IMG/VR virus record: IMGVR_UViG_3300024346_000005
Direction: 5' to 3' (one strand)
DNA from: a virus
Taxonomy: Duplodnaviria > Caudoviricetes
Length of the DNA stretch: 64,000 nucleotides
The position numbers and the translations under genes are program-made. Of the stretch, positions 55,924-64,000 are shown piece after piece. A model generated the notes under the pieces. The model saw nothing but the letters and a program-made list of their open reading frames with translations. It had not been told where the DNA came from and made no database searches. Positions within the stretch are counted from its first letter, which is position 1. Each line of letters opens with the position of its first letter.

Positions 55924-56205
55924 ATGCCTGAAACCGACATCTCAAAAATTCTCATAGAAGGAGACACCGTAACCATTATGGGGGTTAGGTATCAACGTAT
56001 CATAGAACCTCAAAGTTTTTATGATAAACTCTATGGATTGCTAGACGATAATCTTATTGAATGGGTTGATACAGACGGTATTACTATTAGAGTACTGGAT
56101 TTGATTAGGGAGAATATTCCTGAATATAAAAAAGGTGTTGGACTACCAGAGTATAATGCTGGTTGGAATGACGCAATCAAAACACTCAAGGATAAACTAC
56201 GATGA
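55924..56205 (+). CDS. Hypothetical protein
   Basis: ATG MPETD; YNAGWND.I C-terminal motif. Confidence 0.65.
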   Translation: MPETDISKILIEGDTVTIMGVRYQRIIEPQSFYDKLYGLLDDNLIEWVDTDGITIRVLDLIRENIPEYKKGVGLPEYNAGWNDAIKTLKDKLR

Positions 56206-56447
56206 CTAAAAACTACCCTATAAATGACTGGGAGTTTGTTGATGAGATTGAAACATTCTTCAACGAATGGTTTTATTCCAATCATACTGACTATTCTTTC
56301 AAAAACGAATACTTTTATGGAGATTGTGCCGTTGAAGACCCAAAGACCCGTGAAGACCTAATGAGAAAATGGATATATGCGAGTTTTTATTCCGGTTTTA
56401 TGATGGGACGATGTGCTAAAATGGAGAAGGAAGTAAATGAGAATTGA
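56202..56447 (+). CDS. Hypothetical protein
   Basis: ATGA overlap. Confidence 0.7.
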   Translation: MTKNYPINDWEFVDEIETFFNEWFYSNHTDYSFKNEYFYGDCAVEDPKTREDLMRKWIYASFYSGFMMGRCAKMEKEVNEN

Positions 56448-56622
56448 AATCACACAAGACATCAGTGGAACTGGTGATTATCGGTGGGAACTCTATACTG
56501 GCCCTGAACATATTGATGAATATGTTGGATACTGTTATAGTTTGGGAGAATGTTTTGAGAAGATTGTAATGTGGAATACTTACAACGCACAAAAGTATTA
56601 TGGAGGAACGGAAAATGATTAA
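56437..56622 (+). CDS. Hypothetical protein
   Basis: ORF track. Confidence 0.7.
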   Translation: MRIEITQDISGTGDYRWELYTGPEHIDEYVGYCYSLGECFEKIVMWNTYNAQKYYGGTEND

Positions 56623-56848
56623 CGAAGAAAAACTCACTCTTCTTCTTGGAGTTCTCAAAACATACGCAGAACAAAAACACTGCTATGATGGTAAAGGTGG
56701 TGGAGATTACTATTATCTCCCCGAAAATAGTGATGATGCCTTTGAGGATGGTGCTGATTATGGTGAAATCCTCTTTGCCCGCACTCTATTAGAACAAATC
56801 GGTGAAAAGTTTGAATACCCTTGTATGAAAGAAAATGAACGAAATTGA
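56615..56848 (+). CDS. Hypothetical protein
   Basis: ORF track, GGAGG RBS. Confidence 0.65.
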   Translation: MINEEKLTLLLGVLKTYAEQKHCYDGKGGGDYYYLPENSDDAFEDGADYGEILFARTLLEQIGEKFEYPCMKENERN

Positions 56849-57086
56849 AAAAACAGAGGGAGAAATAAAAGTCCTTCAAGCAAAATTAGAACTTCTCAAA
56901 GAAATGGAGAAGCACAAATCACCAGCAGAAGAGGCATTCAAAAGAGTTTATTGTAGGTATCCTGATAAACTTGATGATAAATATGGTTCTGCTTGGGATA
57001 TCTTTGAAAAAGGATATGCGAGAGCACAAAAAGATTATAAGGTAGGAGAGTATGAACCAACTTCACAAGAACCTGAAAATGACTGA
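56835..57086 (+). CDS. Hypothetical protein (KSPVEE family)
   Basis: KSPAEEAFKRVY..YP. Confidence 0.75.
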   Translation: MNEIEKTEGEIKVLQAKLELLKEMEKHKSPAEEAFKRVYCRYPDKLDDKYGSAWDIFEKGYARAQKDYKVGEYEPTSQEPEND

Positions 57087-57759
57087 AACCATTCAACAAC
57101 TCAAAGAAGATATTGCTCTCCTTCAAATGAAACTACAAAAACTTGAAGAAACTCAAATGACCCTTGAAAAATCAGGTGAGTTTTCTATCGTCTCATATAA
57201 TGGAGAAACTTATTATCGCAATCTTTATGATGGTATTTGTGGTGGTTGGTATAAAACTGATACAGATGGTGAAGTTTTTTATCTTGTAGAAGACGAAACT
57301 GAAAGAAAGTTGGAGAAACTTTATCAGGAACAAGTTGTAGTAAAAGAACCCAAAAAAGAACAAAAATGGGGGGATATTGTTCGTGAGAGTGTGAAATGGT
57401 GTAAGGAGCATCCAGATGAGAGTGTGGAAGATTACCTAACTCCACAAACACCAGAGCAAGTTGATGCTGGACTTCGTAATGCTATGAGGAAAGCAAAGAA
57501 AGATGGAGTGTTTGATGAACCCAAGTTCTTGAAGTTTGAGTTAGGTAAAACTCTTGAAGAACTTATTTGTAAATGTATGGTAGATTATAATAGTATTATA
57601 GCAGGTGGATTACTTGAAGATATTTTGAATAATATTGAAAAATGGTTGCCCGATTTTCAATCAGCTGCTGGTTCTCAAAATGTAGATACTGAATTACTTG
57701 TAGATGGATATAATGACGCACTCACAAAAATCAAATCAAAGTTGAGGAATAAGAAATGA
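57079..57759 (+). CDS. Hypothetical protein, paralogue of 51639
   Basis: MTETIQQLKEDIA...QSAAGSQN. Confidence 0.8.
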   Translation: MTETIQQLKEDIALLQMKLQKLEETQMTLEKSGEFSIVSYNGETYYRNLYDGICGGWYKTDTDGEVFYLVEDETERKLEKLYQEQVVVKEPKKEQKWGDIVRESVKWCKEHPDESVEDYLTPQTPEQVDAGLRNAMRKAKKDGVFDEPKFLKFELGKTLEELICKCMVDYNSIIAGGLLEDILNNIEKWLPDFQSAAGSQNVDTELLVDGYNDALTKIKSKLRNKK

Positions 57760-57953
57760 AACTCCACGAACGACTTACAGAATGGTATTATACTCACGAT
57801 GCCGTTCAATCTGGTGATGTGATTGCGAATGAGATTGTGGATGTCGTAAAGGACTGGTTGAAAACTCATCATAGAGAAGAAACCAAGTATGATGCCGATT
57901 ATAATGCTGGATGGATGGACTGTATTGAGACACTTGAAAAGGATGCGAGGTAG
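57756..57953 (+). CDS. Hypothetical protein
   Basis: ATGA overlap; YNAGW motif. Confidence 0.7.
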   Translation: MKLHERLTEWYYTHDAVQSGDVIANEIVDVVKDWLKTHHREETKYDADYNAGWMDCIETLEKDAR

Positions 57954-58009
57954 GACACTTCCCAAACCGGCACAAGACCCCTCCACAGGGGCACCAGATG
58001 CCTTATAAT
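57954..58009 (+). promoter_or_regulatory. Promoter cassette
   Basis: GACACTT-N4-AACCGGCACA-29 nt-TATAAT. Confidence 0.85.
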
Positions 58010-58030
58010 AGTCTCATACGAAACAAACCG

Positions 58031-58264
58031 ATGAAAAACCATCAGTTCAAACCACAAATCTGTTTATGGAAACGAAAAGAACTAACCCTCAAATGTTGGA
58101 TTTTTCGTTTTCTCACTCCTGTTGCCGGACTACTTGATGCTCTCGTCACAATTTGTTCTTTCACTATTCTAGTAAGCAACTTTGAGATGGAGGTGGTTAC
58201 ACTTCACACATACGAATACTTCAAAGCACTTAAAAAACAACGAACACAAAGGAACTCCAAATGA
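58031..58264 (+). CDS. Hypothetical protein
   Basis: First ATG after cassette. Confidence 0.65.
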   Translation: MKNHQFKPQICLWKRKELTLKCWIFRFLTPVAGLLDALVTICSFTILVSNFEMEVVTLHTYEYFKALKKQRTQRNSK

Positions 58265-58491
58265 CCGAACAAGAACTTATTGAACTCTGGGGAGATGGAA
58301 GTGAGTTTGGTCTTTCTCCTAATGATGAACTGTTTATGAACAACGCATTTCGTGAGGTTGCTGTGAAGTTTGCTCTTGTAGTTGCCGATAAAGCATATGG
58401 TGATGGAGTAAAGGTAGTTGCTGGTAAAGCATATAGTGTTGGTTATCGTGAAGGTTATGATAGTGTATATTTTTCATACGCGAGTAATTGA
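58261..58491 (+). CDS. Hypothetical protein
   Basis: ATGA overlap. Confidence 0.65.
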   Translation: MTEQELIELWGDGSEFGLSPNDELFMNNAFREVAVKFALVVADKAYGDGVKVVAGKAYSVGYREGYDSVYFSYASN

Positions 58492-58662
58492 CTTATGAGT
58501 ATTCTATCTTGGAACCACACCAGAAAAGGAACTCCAATGAAACAATCTGGGAGTTATGGTTCTCTTATGATTAGGGTGATGATGGTTAGGAGTTCTTATC
58601 CAAATCACCCTATGTTTATTGACGGAAACCCTGTATAATACTCTTACAAACACAAACACATT

Positions 58663-59070
58663 ATGACTGCTCTTTATTTTGAATCCGAAGACGGAACTCA
58701 ATTTGATACTGCCATTTTTGATGGTTATCTTGTTGGAGACCGAATTCTTGAAGGTGTTAGGTTTATCGTGAAGATTGAAGATGGGAAACTTCATCCCACT
58801 ATTCATCCTGATGATGCCGGATACTTTTCTACTCTGAATCAAAAGTATTGGATGGACAAAGTGACTGAATATGCTCAAGATTATGATGTATTTTCTCATC
58901 CTCAAAATAGAGAAGATGTTTATCTTGTGACTGATGAAACTCCCGAACCAGTTGTAGGAGTTGTTGGTAAAGCATACACTTGGGAAGAAGTCCTTCAAAA
59001 AGCAAAAGAACCAAAATGCGGGGTGATTGAGTATCTCAAAGCATTCAATTCATTATTTGAGGACAACTGA
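58663..59070 (+). CDS. Hypothetical protein
   Basis: ORF track. Confidence 0.75.
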   Translation: MTALYFESEDGTQFDTAIFDGYLVGDRILEGVRFIVKIEDGKLHPTIHPDDAGYFSTLNQKYWMDKVTEYAQDYDVFSHPQNREDVYLVTDETPEPVVGVVGKAYTWEEVLQKAKEPKCGVIEYLKAFNSLFEDN

Positions 59071-59263
59071 AATGAACCCAATCAAAATCGGTAAACTGAA
59101 AATCGGCATTTTTGAAAGTTTGCTCTTTCTTTTTATTTGTGCTAAACTAACTCACACTATTGATTGGAGTTGGATTTGGGTATTGTCTCCCGGTTGGATT
59201 GCCTTTTCTATTGGAGCATTTGAAGGACTTACTGAATACTTTGAGAAACAAAAAAACAAATGA
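59071..59263 (+). CDS. Small two-helix membrane protein
   Basis: LFICAKLTHTIDWSWIWVLSPGW motif. Confidence 0.7.
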
Positions 59264-59442
59264 CTGAACGCAACCTTACGAAACAACTTCAATATTATGT
59301 CTATAATGACCCAGAATACGGGGAGGACATAGAAAATATTTCTTATCCTGCTTTGATTGAAATTATTGACGATTTGTATGATAAAATTGAGACACTTGAA
59401 AGAGACAACGAACTCCTGAAATCTTATGCGTGGGAACGATGA
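59260..59442 (+). CDS. Hypothetical protein
   Basis: ATGA overlap. Confidence 0.7.
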   Translation: MTERNLTKQLQYYVYNDPEYGEDIENISYPALIEIIDDLYDKIETLERDNELLKSYAWER

Positions 59443-59767
59443 CTGATGCCCAAATATGCGAAATGGTTAATATGCACCGATACCTTATGATGTGTGAGAT
59501 TAAACACGCATTTCATAAATTTTGTGCTGAAAATGGGAACCAAGATTACAGTGCTGCCAATCGTTCAGAAGCATTCAACGATACAAAATGGATTGAATTT
59601 GCTAAATGGTTCAAGGATATAAGAGATGAGTGAAGAATATGGGAATATTCCAGACGGGTTTCTACTATCTCAAAGTGAAATTGATGAATTGAGAAAATCA
59701 AAAAGAGAACTCACGGATTATGCTAAACAAAAATTGAAAGAACTTATAGAAAAACAGGAGGCACAAA

Positions 59768-60121
59768 ATGATTGACTTATTCAACAAACTACTTACCCGA
59801 TTTGGGTTTCGGTTAGTTTCCAAAGAAGAACCTCATAAAGAAGAACGATGTTTCTTGGATGATATTACATCTCCAGAGTTTATTCAAAAACATCCAGAGT
59901 TTTTAGATAGGTATGTAGAAGGACAAAAGAATAAATCTCTTTATGCTGGAGTCATCAACTATCTTGAAGATAAGGATGGAAGAACTTATTATCAAGATAG
60001 TCGTAGTAAAAACTACTTCTGTGATTATGATGTTAAAAATCCATCTAAAGAAGTATTGGGTCTTATGATTACAGAAACCAAATTTACACCAGAAGAACTT
60101 GCGGAGAAACTGAATGACTGA
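59768..60121 (+). CDS. Hypothetical protein
   Basis: ORF track. Confidence 0.7.
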   Translation: MIDLFNKLLTRFGFRLVSKEEPHKEERCFLDDITSPEFIQKHPEFLDRYVEGQKNKSLYAGVINYLEDKDGRTYYQDSRSKNYFCDYDVKNPSKEVLGLMITETKFTPEELAEKLND

Positions 60122-60365
60122 AACAGCACAAAAAATTATAGCAGCAGCACGAAATGTTGCCGAAGGTTCTCCTACTTTGGGGAAACTTATTCGTGAGGGT
60201 AGAGACCCTATGATTACTAAAACTTATTATGAGTATGCTGCCGTATTGAGAACATTAGCAGAAGAACTTGGATATAATAACTTCAATATTGATGGAGACC
60301 ACGGAATTAATGTCGTAAATGTAAAAGACATTCTTAAACTTGTTGATGAATTGGAGAACTTATGA
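60114..60365 (+). CDS. Hypothetical protein (LA.ELE family)
   Basis: MTETAQKII...VDELENL. Confidence 0.7.
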   Translation: MTETAQKIIAAARNVAEGSPTLGKLIREGRDPMITKTYYEYAAVLRTLAEELGYNNFNIDGDHGINVVNVKDILKLVDELENL

Positions 60366-60682
60366 CTGACCCTACACTTGATGAAATGATTGAAGAAGCA
60401 GCACGGAGAGAAAGAAGTAATCGTATTCTTCAACGGTATAATGATTTCCATAATCTTGAAACTTCTGGACTTTCTTGGGGAACACCCGTAACGATGGAAC
60501 AGCAACAAATTATCGCATTTCAGTCTATGATTGATGCTCTCCGTTGTGAAAACCTCAATCAAGAATACACTCATATCGCAATTAGTGATATTGAGGACTT
60601 GATTGAGGCACTTTATCAACAATCAATTTCATTCCTTGAAAAAGTAAAAGAATTCAAAGATAGTGCGGAGGGTGTAGCATAA
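60362..60682 (+). CDS. Hypothetical protein
   Basis: ATGA overlap. Confidence 0.7.
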   Translation: MTDPTLDEMIEEAARRERSNRILQRYNDFHNLETSGLSWGTPVTMEQQQIIAFQSMIDALRCENLNQEYTHIAISDIEDLIEALYQQSISFLEKVKEFKDSAEGVA

Positions 60683-60933
60683 TGTTATCACCAGCAGACC
60701 GAATTATAGAAGCAACGATGCCTCATACTCTGCGACCTAAAAGAGGAAACAGAGAGAAAGTAATTGCTGCTGCTCTGGAGTTTGTTATACTGGAATATTC
60801 ATATACTGATGGTGAGGGTGAAGATCTCATAGATGTAAGAGATTTACAGGAACTCATTAAAGAACTTCGGGAGACTGTGACACTTGAGACACTGGCACAA
60901 GACCCCACCAATCCCCCTGTGGATGCCCTATAA
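60682..60933 (+). CDS. Hypothetical protein; C-terminus overprints promoter cassette
   Basis: Ends LAQDPTNPPVDAL. Confidence 0.7.
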   Translation: MLSPADRIIEATMPHTLRPKRGNREKVIAAALEFVILEYSYTDGEGEDLIDVRDLQELIKELRETVTLETLAQDPTNPPVDAL

Positions 60934-60934
60934 T
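60879..60934 (+). promoter_or_regulatory. Promoter cassette
   Basis: GACACTT-N4-CACTGGCACA-29 nt-TATAAT. Confidence 0.85.
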
Positions 60935-60957
60935 AGTCTCATAAGCACAAACACATT

Positions 60958-61308
60958 ATGTCTCTTGATATTTCGTTGGAAATTGAAGTTGATACGGGAG
61001 CACCTGAACCTCATAAGGTTGAGTTGTATTCTGGAAACATCACTCACAACCTGAATACGATGGCAGAAGAAGCAGGCATCTATAAGTGTCTGTGGCATCC
61101 TGATGACCTTTATGAAAATCCAACTGCTGATAAACTTATTCCACATCTTGAGGCAGGACTTCTAAAACTCAAATCTCATCCAGAGCATTATAAGCAGTTT
61201 GATGCTTCTAATGGTTGGGGAACTTATAAAGACTTTGTTCCCTTTGTGGAAAAGGTGTTGGGTGCTTGTAAAGAACACCCAAAGGCAAATGTAATAACTT
61301 GGGTTTGA
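60958..61308 (+). CDS. Hypothetical protein
   Basis: NITHNL..MA.EAG...N.WG motif. Confidence 0.75.
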   Translation: MSLDISLEIEVDTGAPEPHKVELYSGNITHNLNTMAEEAGIYKCLWHPDDLYENPTADKLIPHLEAGLLKLKSHPEHYKQFDASNGWGTYKDFVPFVEKVLGACKEHPKANVITWV

Positions 61309-61353
61309 GGACAGCACAGACCCCCTCCACAGGGGCACCAGATGCCCTATAAT
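61309..61353 (+). promoter_or_regulatory. Promoter cassette with deleted palindrome core
   Basis: GGACAGCACA-29 nt-TATAAT. Confidence 0.75.
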
Positions 61354-61376
61354 AGTCTCATACACACAGAAACCTG

Positions 61377-61877
61377 ATGAACATCAACGGATACGAAATC
61401 AAACCCTTTGCTAACCTTAAAGGTGCTGACCTTTGGGGTGCTAACCTTCGGGATGCTAACCTTAAGGGTGCTAACCTTGAGGGTGCCGACCTTGAGGGTG
61501 CTAACCTTGTGGGTGCTGACCTTGAGGATGCTAACCTTCGGGGTGCTAACCTTGAGGGTGCTGACCTTAAGGGTGCTAACCTTGTGGGTGCCGACCTTCG
61601 GGATGCTAACCTTCAGGGTGCTTACCTTGAGGGTGCTGACCTTGAGGATGCTAACCTTAGGTATGCTAACCTTAAGGGTGCTGACCTTAAGGGTGCTAAC
61701 CTTGAGGGTGCTAACCTTGAGGGTGCTAACCTTGTGGGTGCTAACGTAACTGGAACCATTCTTGAGAAGAAAGAAGTTCTTCAAGATGATAAAGACCTCA
61801 AGATTAAAGAACTTGAGGAAGAAAATGAGAAACTTAAATCTACACTTAAGTCTCTTAAGGCACTGTTGGACACCTGA
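61377..61877 (+). CDS. Pentapeptide-repeat protein with C-terminal coiled coil
   Basis: About 23 A(N/D)LxG units. Confidence 0.92.
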   Translation: MNINGYEIKPFANLKGADLWGANLRDANLKGANLEGADLEGANLVGADLEDANLRGANLEGADLKGANLVGADLRDANLQGAYLEGADLEDANLRYANLKGADLKGANLEGANLEGANLVGANVTGTILEKKEVLQDDKDLKIKELEEENEKLKSTLKSLKALLDT

Positions 61878-61925
61878 CGAACTGGCACAGACACCCCTCC
61901 ACAGGGGCACCAGATGCCTTATAAT
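61869..61925 (+). promoter_or_regulatory. Promoter cassette
   Basis: GACACCT-N4-AACTGGCACA-30 nt-TATAAT. Confidence 0.85.
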
Positions 61926-61948
61926 ACATAAGAACACACAGAACTCCA

Positions 61949-62209
61949 ATGACTTTTCAACCTTACAATATCGTTCCCGGAACTCAAATTGTTCATAATT
62001 TGACCGATGTTTATGAACTCACCGATGAAGCAGAGGAAATGGTTTATCGTGTAGAACTAAATGCTGATAATGGTGGAATTTACATTCGTTCAAGTGAAAA
62101 AGGACTTGAAGAAGGTTCTAAAAACATCACCGAAGATATGTCTATCGGCAACAAAGAACTTTCCATTTGTGTTGCCCGTCGTATTCTTGAACTTTATTCT
62201 GTAAACTAA
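61949..62209 (+). CDS. Hypothetical protein
   Basis: First ORF after cassette. Confidence 0.7.
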   Translation: MTFQPYNIVPGTQIVHNLTDVYELTDEAEEMVYRVELNADNGGIYIRSSEKGLEEGSKNITEDMSIGNKELSICVARRILELYSVN

Positions 62210-62210
62210 A

Positions 62211-62477
62211 ATGAAAATCACATTCAACGGGCACCAACAAACTGAACGACAAGTAGAACTCACTCAACAAGAACTTTTTCAACTCTTTGAGCTGATGAAG
62301 GAATCACTTCTTGATAATGTTGAGTACGGGCAATTTGACGGATACTCTTTTTACAACGAAAAGACTATGAAGATTATGAAACTCTGTGAGACACATAATG
62401 TAGATGTTGCTTATACCAAAGACCGTCTTGCTTTCTTTACTGAAATCATCAAAAATCTACCCAATCCTTATCAATGA
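62211..62477 (+). CDS. Hypothetical protein
   Basis: ORF track. Confidence 0.7.
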   Translation: MKITFNGHQQTERQVELTQQELFQLFELMKESLLDNVEYGQFDGYSFYNEKTMKIMKLCETHNVDVAYTKDRLAFFTEIIKNLPNPYQ

Positions 62478-62695
62478 ATACTACAACTCCAATACCCACA
62501 AAGTCGGGGCACATATTTTATGTGGTGATGCAGAAACGAAAAGATGGTGAAATCTATGTGGATTTACATAAAACCACAGAGAAAATCTATCTTCTTGAAG
62601 AGGACGCAGAATACGCACTAAATGAACTTGGATTTATCAAAGACCATTGCCATATTGTAAAACTGGTTGCTTATTTGTATGACTCAAGAGAATGA
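62474..62695 (+). CDS. Hypothetical protein
   Basis: ATGA overlap. Confidence 0.65.
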   Translation: MNTTTPIPTKSGHIFYVVMQKRKDGEIYVDLHKTTEKIYLLEEDAEYALNELGFIKDHCHIVKLVAYLYDSRE

Positions 62696-62916
62696 AAGAA
62701 TTACCAATGACTGAAATAAAATTATGTAAGGATTGTAAGCACTATAAAAAAGATTGGTCTGCTCATATTACTGGTTCTGGGGACACATTTGATTTGTGCT
62801 TACATCCACTTATAACTGGAAATGTTGTGACTGGAAAAACTGATGGTCGTTATTGTGATGCTACAAGAAGGTTTCGCGAATGTGGTATGGAAGGAAAACT
62901 CTGGGAAGCAAAATGA
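62692..62916 (+). CDS. Cys-rich hypothetical protein
   Basis: CKDCKH...C.HP...C...R...C. Confidence 0.7.
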   Translation: MKELPMTEIKLCKDCKHYKKDWSAHITGSGDTFDLCLHPLITGNVVTGKTDGRYCDATRRFRECGMEGKLWEAK

Positions 62917-63128
62917 CTGAAAGACTTACCAATCCTGATGAGTTTGTGTTGGAAGATGTGAAGATGGTTCACTGGGAAAATATGGATACTGATGTATATT
63001 GGTGTGGAATATACTTGAATGATGGAAGGATATTTCACCTTCATATTGGGGGTGATAATCTCAGGGTTTCTTTGAGTGATGAGACACCTGACGAACTGGC
63101 ACAAGAGCATCCCACTGATGCCCCTTGA
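62913..63128 (+). CDS. Hypothetical protein
   Basis: ATGA overlap; ends in cassette. Confidence 0.65.
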   Translation: MTERLTNPDEFVLEDVKMVHWENMDTDVYWCGIYLNDGRIFHLHIGGDNLRVSLSDETPDELAQEHPTDAP

Positions 63129-63139
63129 TGCCCTATAAT
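63083..63139 (+). promoter_or_regulatory. Promoter cassette
   Basis: GACACCT-N4-AACTGGCACA-30 nt-TATAAT. Confidence 0.85.
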
Positions 63140-63167
63140 AGTCTCATACGCAATTCGCAAACAGCAA

Positions 63168-63392
63168 ATGAACATTACTATGAAACAATTCTTTGATATG
63201 GTTGCGAAAACTATTGCGGAACCTCATACCATAATCACCGAGCACGATAAACGCAGAGCAATTCGTGTGTTTCTTTATCTTGATGAATTTATGATGGAGA
63301 ATGTGCCCGAGTATTGTGGTGATACAGAGTTAGGTGAGATTGACTTTGGTTCTTATGCTGCTGGTGTTTTAGATGAAATTGAAGGAAAATGA
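63168..63392 (+). CDS. Hypothetical protein
   Basis: First ORF after cassette. Confidence 0.7.
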   Translation: MNITMKQFFDMVAKTIAEPHTIITEHDKRRAIRVFLYLDEFMMENVPEYCGDTELGEIDFGSYAAGVLDEIEGK

Positions 63393-63574
63393 CTGAAACA
63401 GAAAAACTCTACAAAATCTGTATTCTTGATTTGCTTATAGCAATTGATGATGATGTTGTGGATTGGAGAGACTATCCTAAACTCTGGACCGCAATTCAAA
63501 AAGCAGATATTGCCCTTGATATTTGGGCAGGAATGAACCTCAAACAAATCAAACAGGAACTGGAAGGAAAATGA
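63389..63574 (+). CDS. Hypothetical protein
   Basis: ATGA overlap. Confidence 0.7.
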   Translation: MTETEKLYKICILDLLIAIDDDVVDWRDYPKLWTAIQKADIALDIWAGMNLKQIKQELEGK

Positions 63575-63768
63575 CTTACAAACAACTCTCTCCTGCCGCA
63601 CAGGCAGTGTCAAATGCCGCTAAATCAAGCCTGGATTGGTCGGCCGGATACCTACCAAATGCTGCTGCCGCCGCTGCCCTCCGTGCTGCTGTTGCTCACA
63701 CACAACGATACCGGGAGTGTGACGCAGATGAACTCCTTGCCATCGCAAACGAACTGGAAGGAAAATGA
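63571..63768 (+). CDS. Hypothetical protein (LA.ELE family), GC-rich
   Basis: MTYKQLSPAAQAV...LAIANELEGK. Confidence 0.7.
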   Translation: MTYKQLSPAAQAVSNAAKSSLDWSAGYLPNAAAAAALRAAVAHTQRYRECDADELLAIANELEGK

Positions 63769-64000
63769 AGACTTGGATTGAAGATGCTTATTGGCACTGG
63801 CGTAATGTATTCTATTTCAGATTTTACGAGTATAATGACAACATAGACAGACTGGCATTTTTTGAGGAACTAAACTATGGTTGGTATCAAATGTATTATG
63901 ATAGTGAGGAATGGGAATGACTTGGAAAGAATACTGGAAAATGACTAAATGTGAGTGGTTTATTGAGGGTTTCCGCAACATCTCATACATCATATCTTGT

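Noticed and set aside
61347-61949. Long alternative-frame ORFs (61408 +, 61347 -)
   Set aside because: They are by-products of stop-free 15-nt pentapeptide repeats.
25482-63139. CRISPR array from the repeated cassette
   Set aside because: Repeats are separated by whole genes at irregular kb-scale distances and carry TATAAT boxes; no cas operon is present.
29663-63613. Numerous minus-strand ORFs in the accessory region
   Set aside because: They overlap well-coupled + strand genes, lack promoters or RBS, and look like antisense shadows.

Overview
This 64 kb window comes from a T4-like cyanomyovirus, probably freshwater and probably infecting Synechococcus/Cyanobium. Evidence is phoH, gp33, gp59, gp32, baseplate genes, cp12, a DUF1825-like gene, a pentapeptide-repeat gene and (T)ATAAATA late promoters. 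About 1-4 kb is a replication/transcription module. About 4-16 kb is a baseplate/tail module. About 16.6-16.8 kb holds two tRNAs. About 17.8-25.4 kb holds two large tail-fibre-like genes. About 26-64 kb is a hyperplastic array of mostly small, co-oriented ORFs. It includes an SF2 helicase, a metallophosphoesterase, cp12, dam, a putative restriction-modification pair and many paralogues, divided by 18 copies of a palindrome + hairpin + TATAAT promoter cassette. Six free-standing homing endonuclease genes are present, each directly behind a TATAAATA late promoter. Main leads: (1) Three GIY-YIG genes carry a module of late promoter, ~50-60-nt RNA, terminator and a second late promoter. The small RNA is antisense to the nuclease mRNA leader and shows compensatory base changes between copies. 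(2) A T TTT TTC -1 slippery site could fuse gp26 to gp51 just upstream of tape-measure-like genes. (3) Both tRNAs carry an A54/U58 T-loop swap, and one has a UAU anticodon. (4) A putative R-M module is flanked by 45-bp direct repeats. All coordinates were read by eye. No database searches or folding calculations were run.
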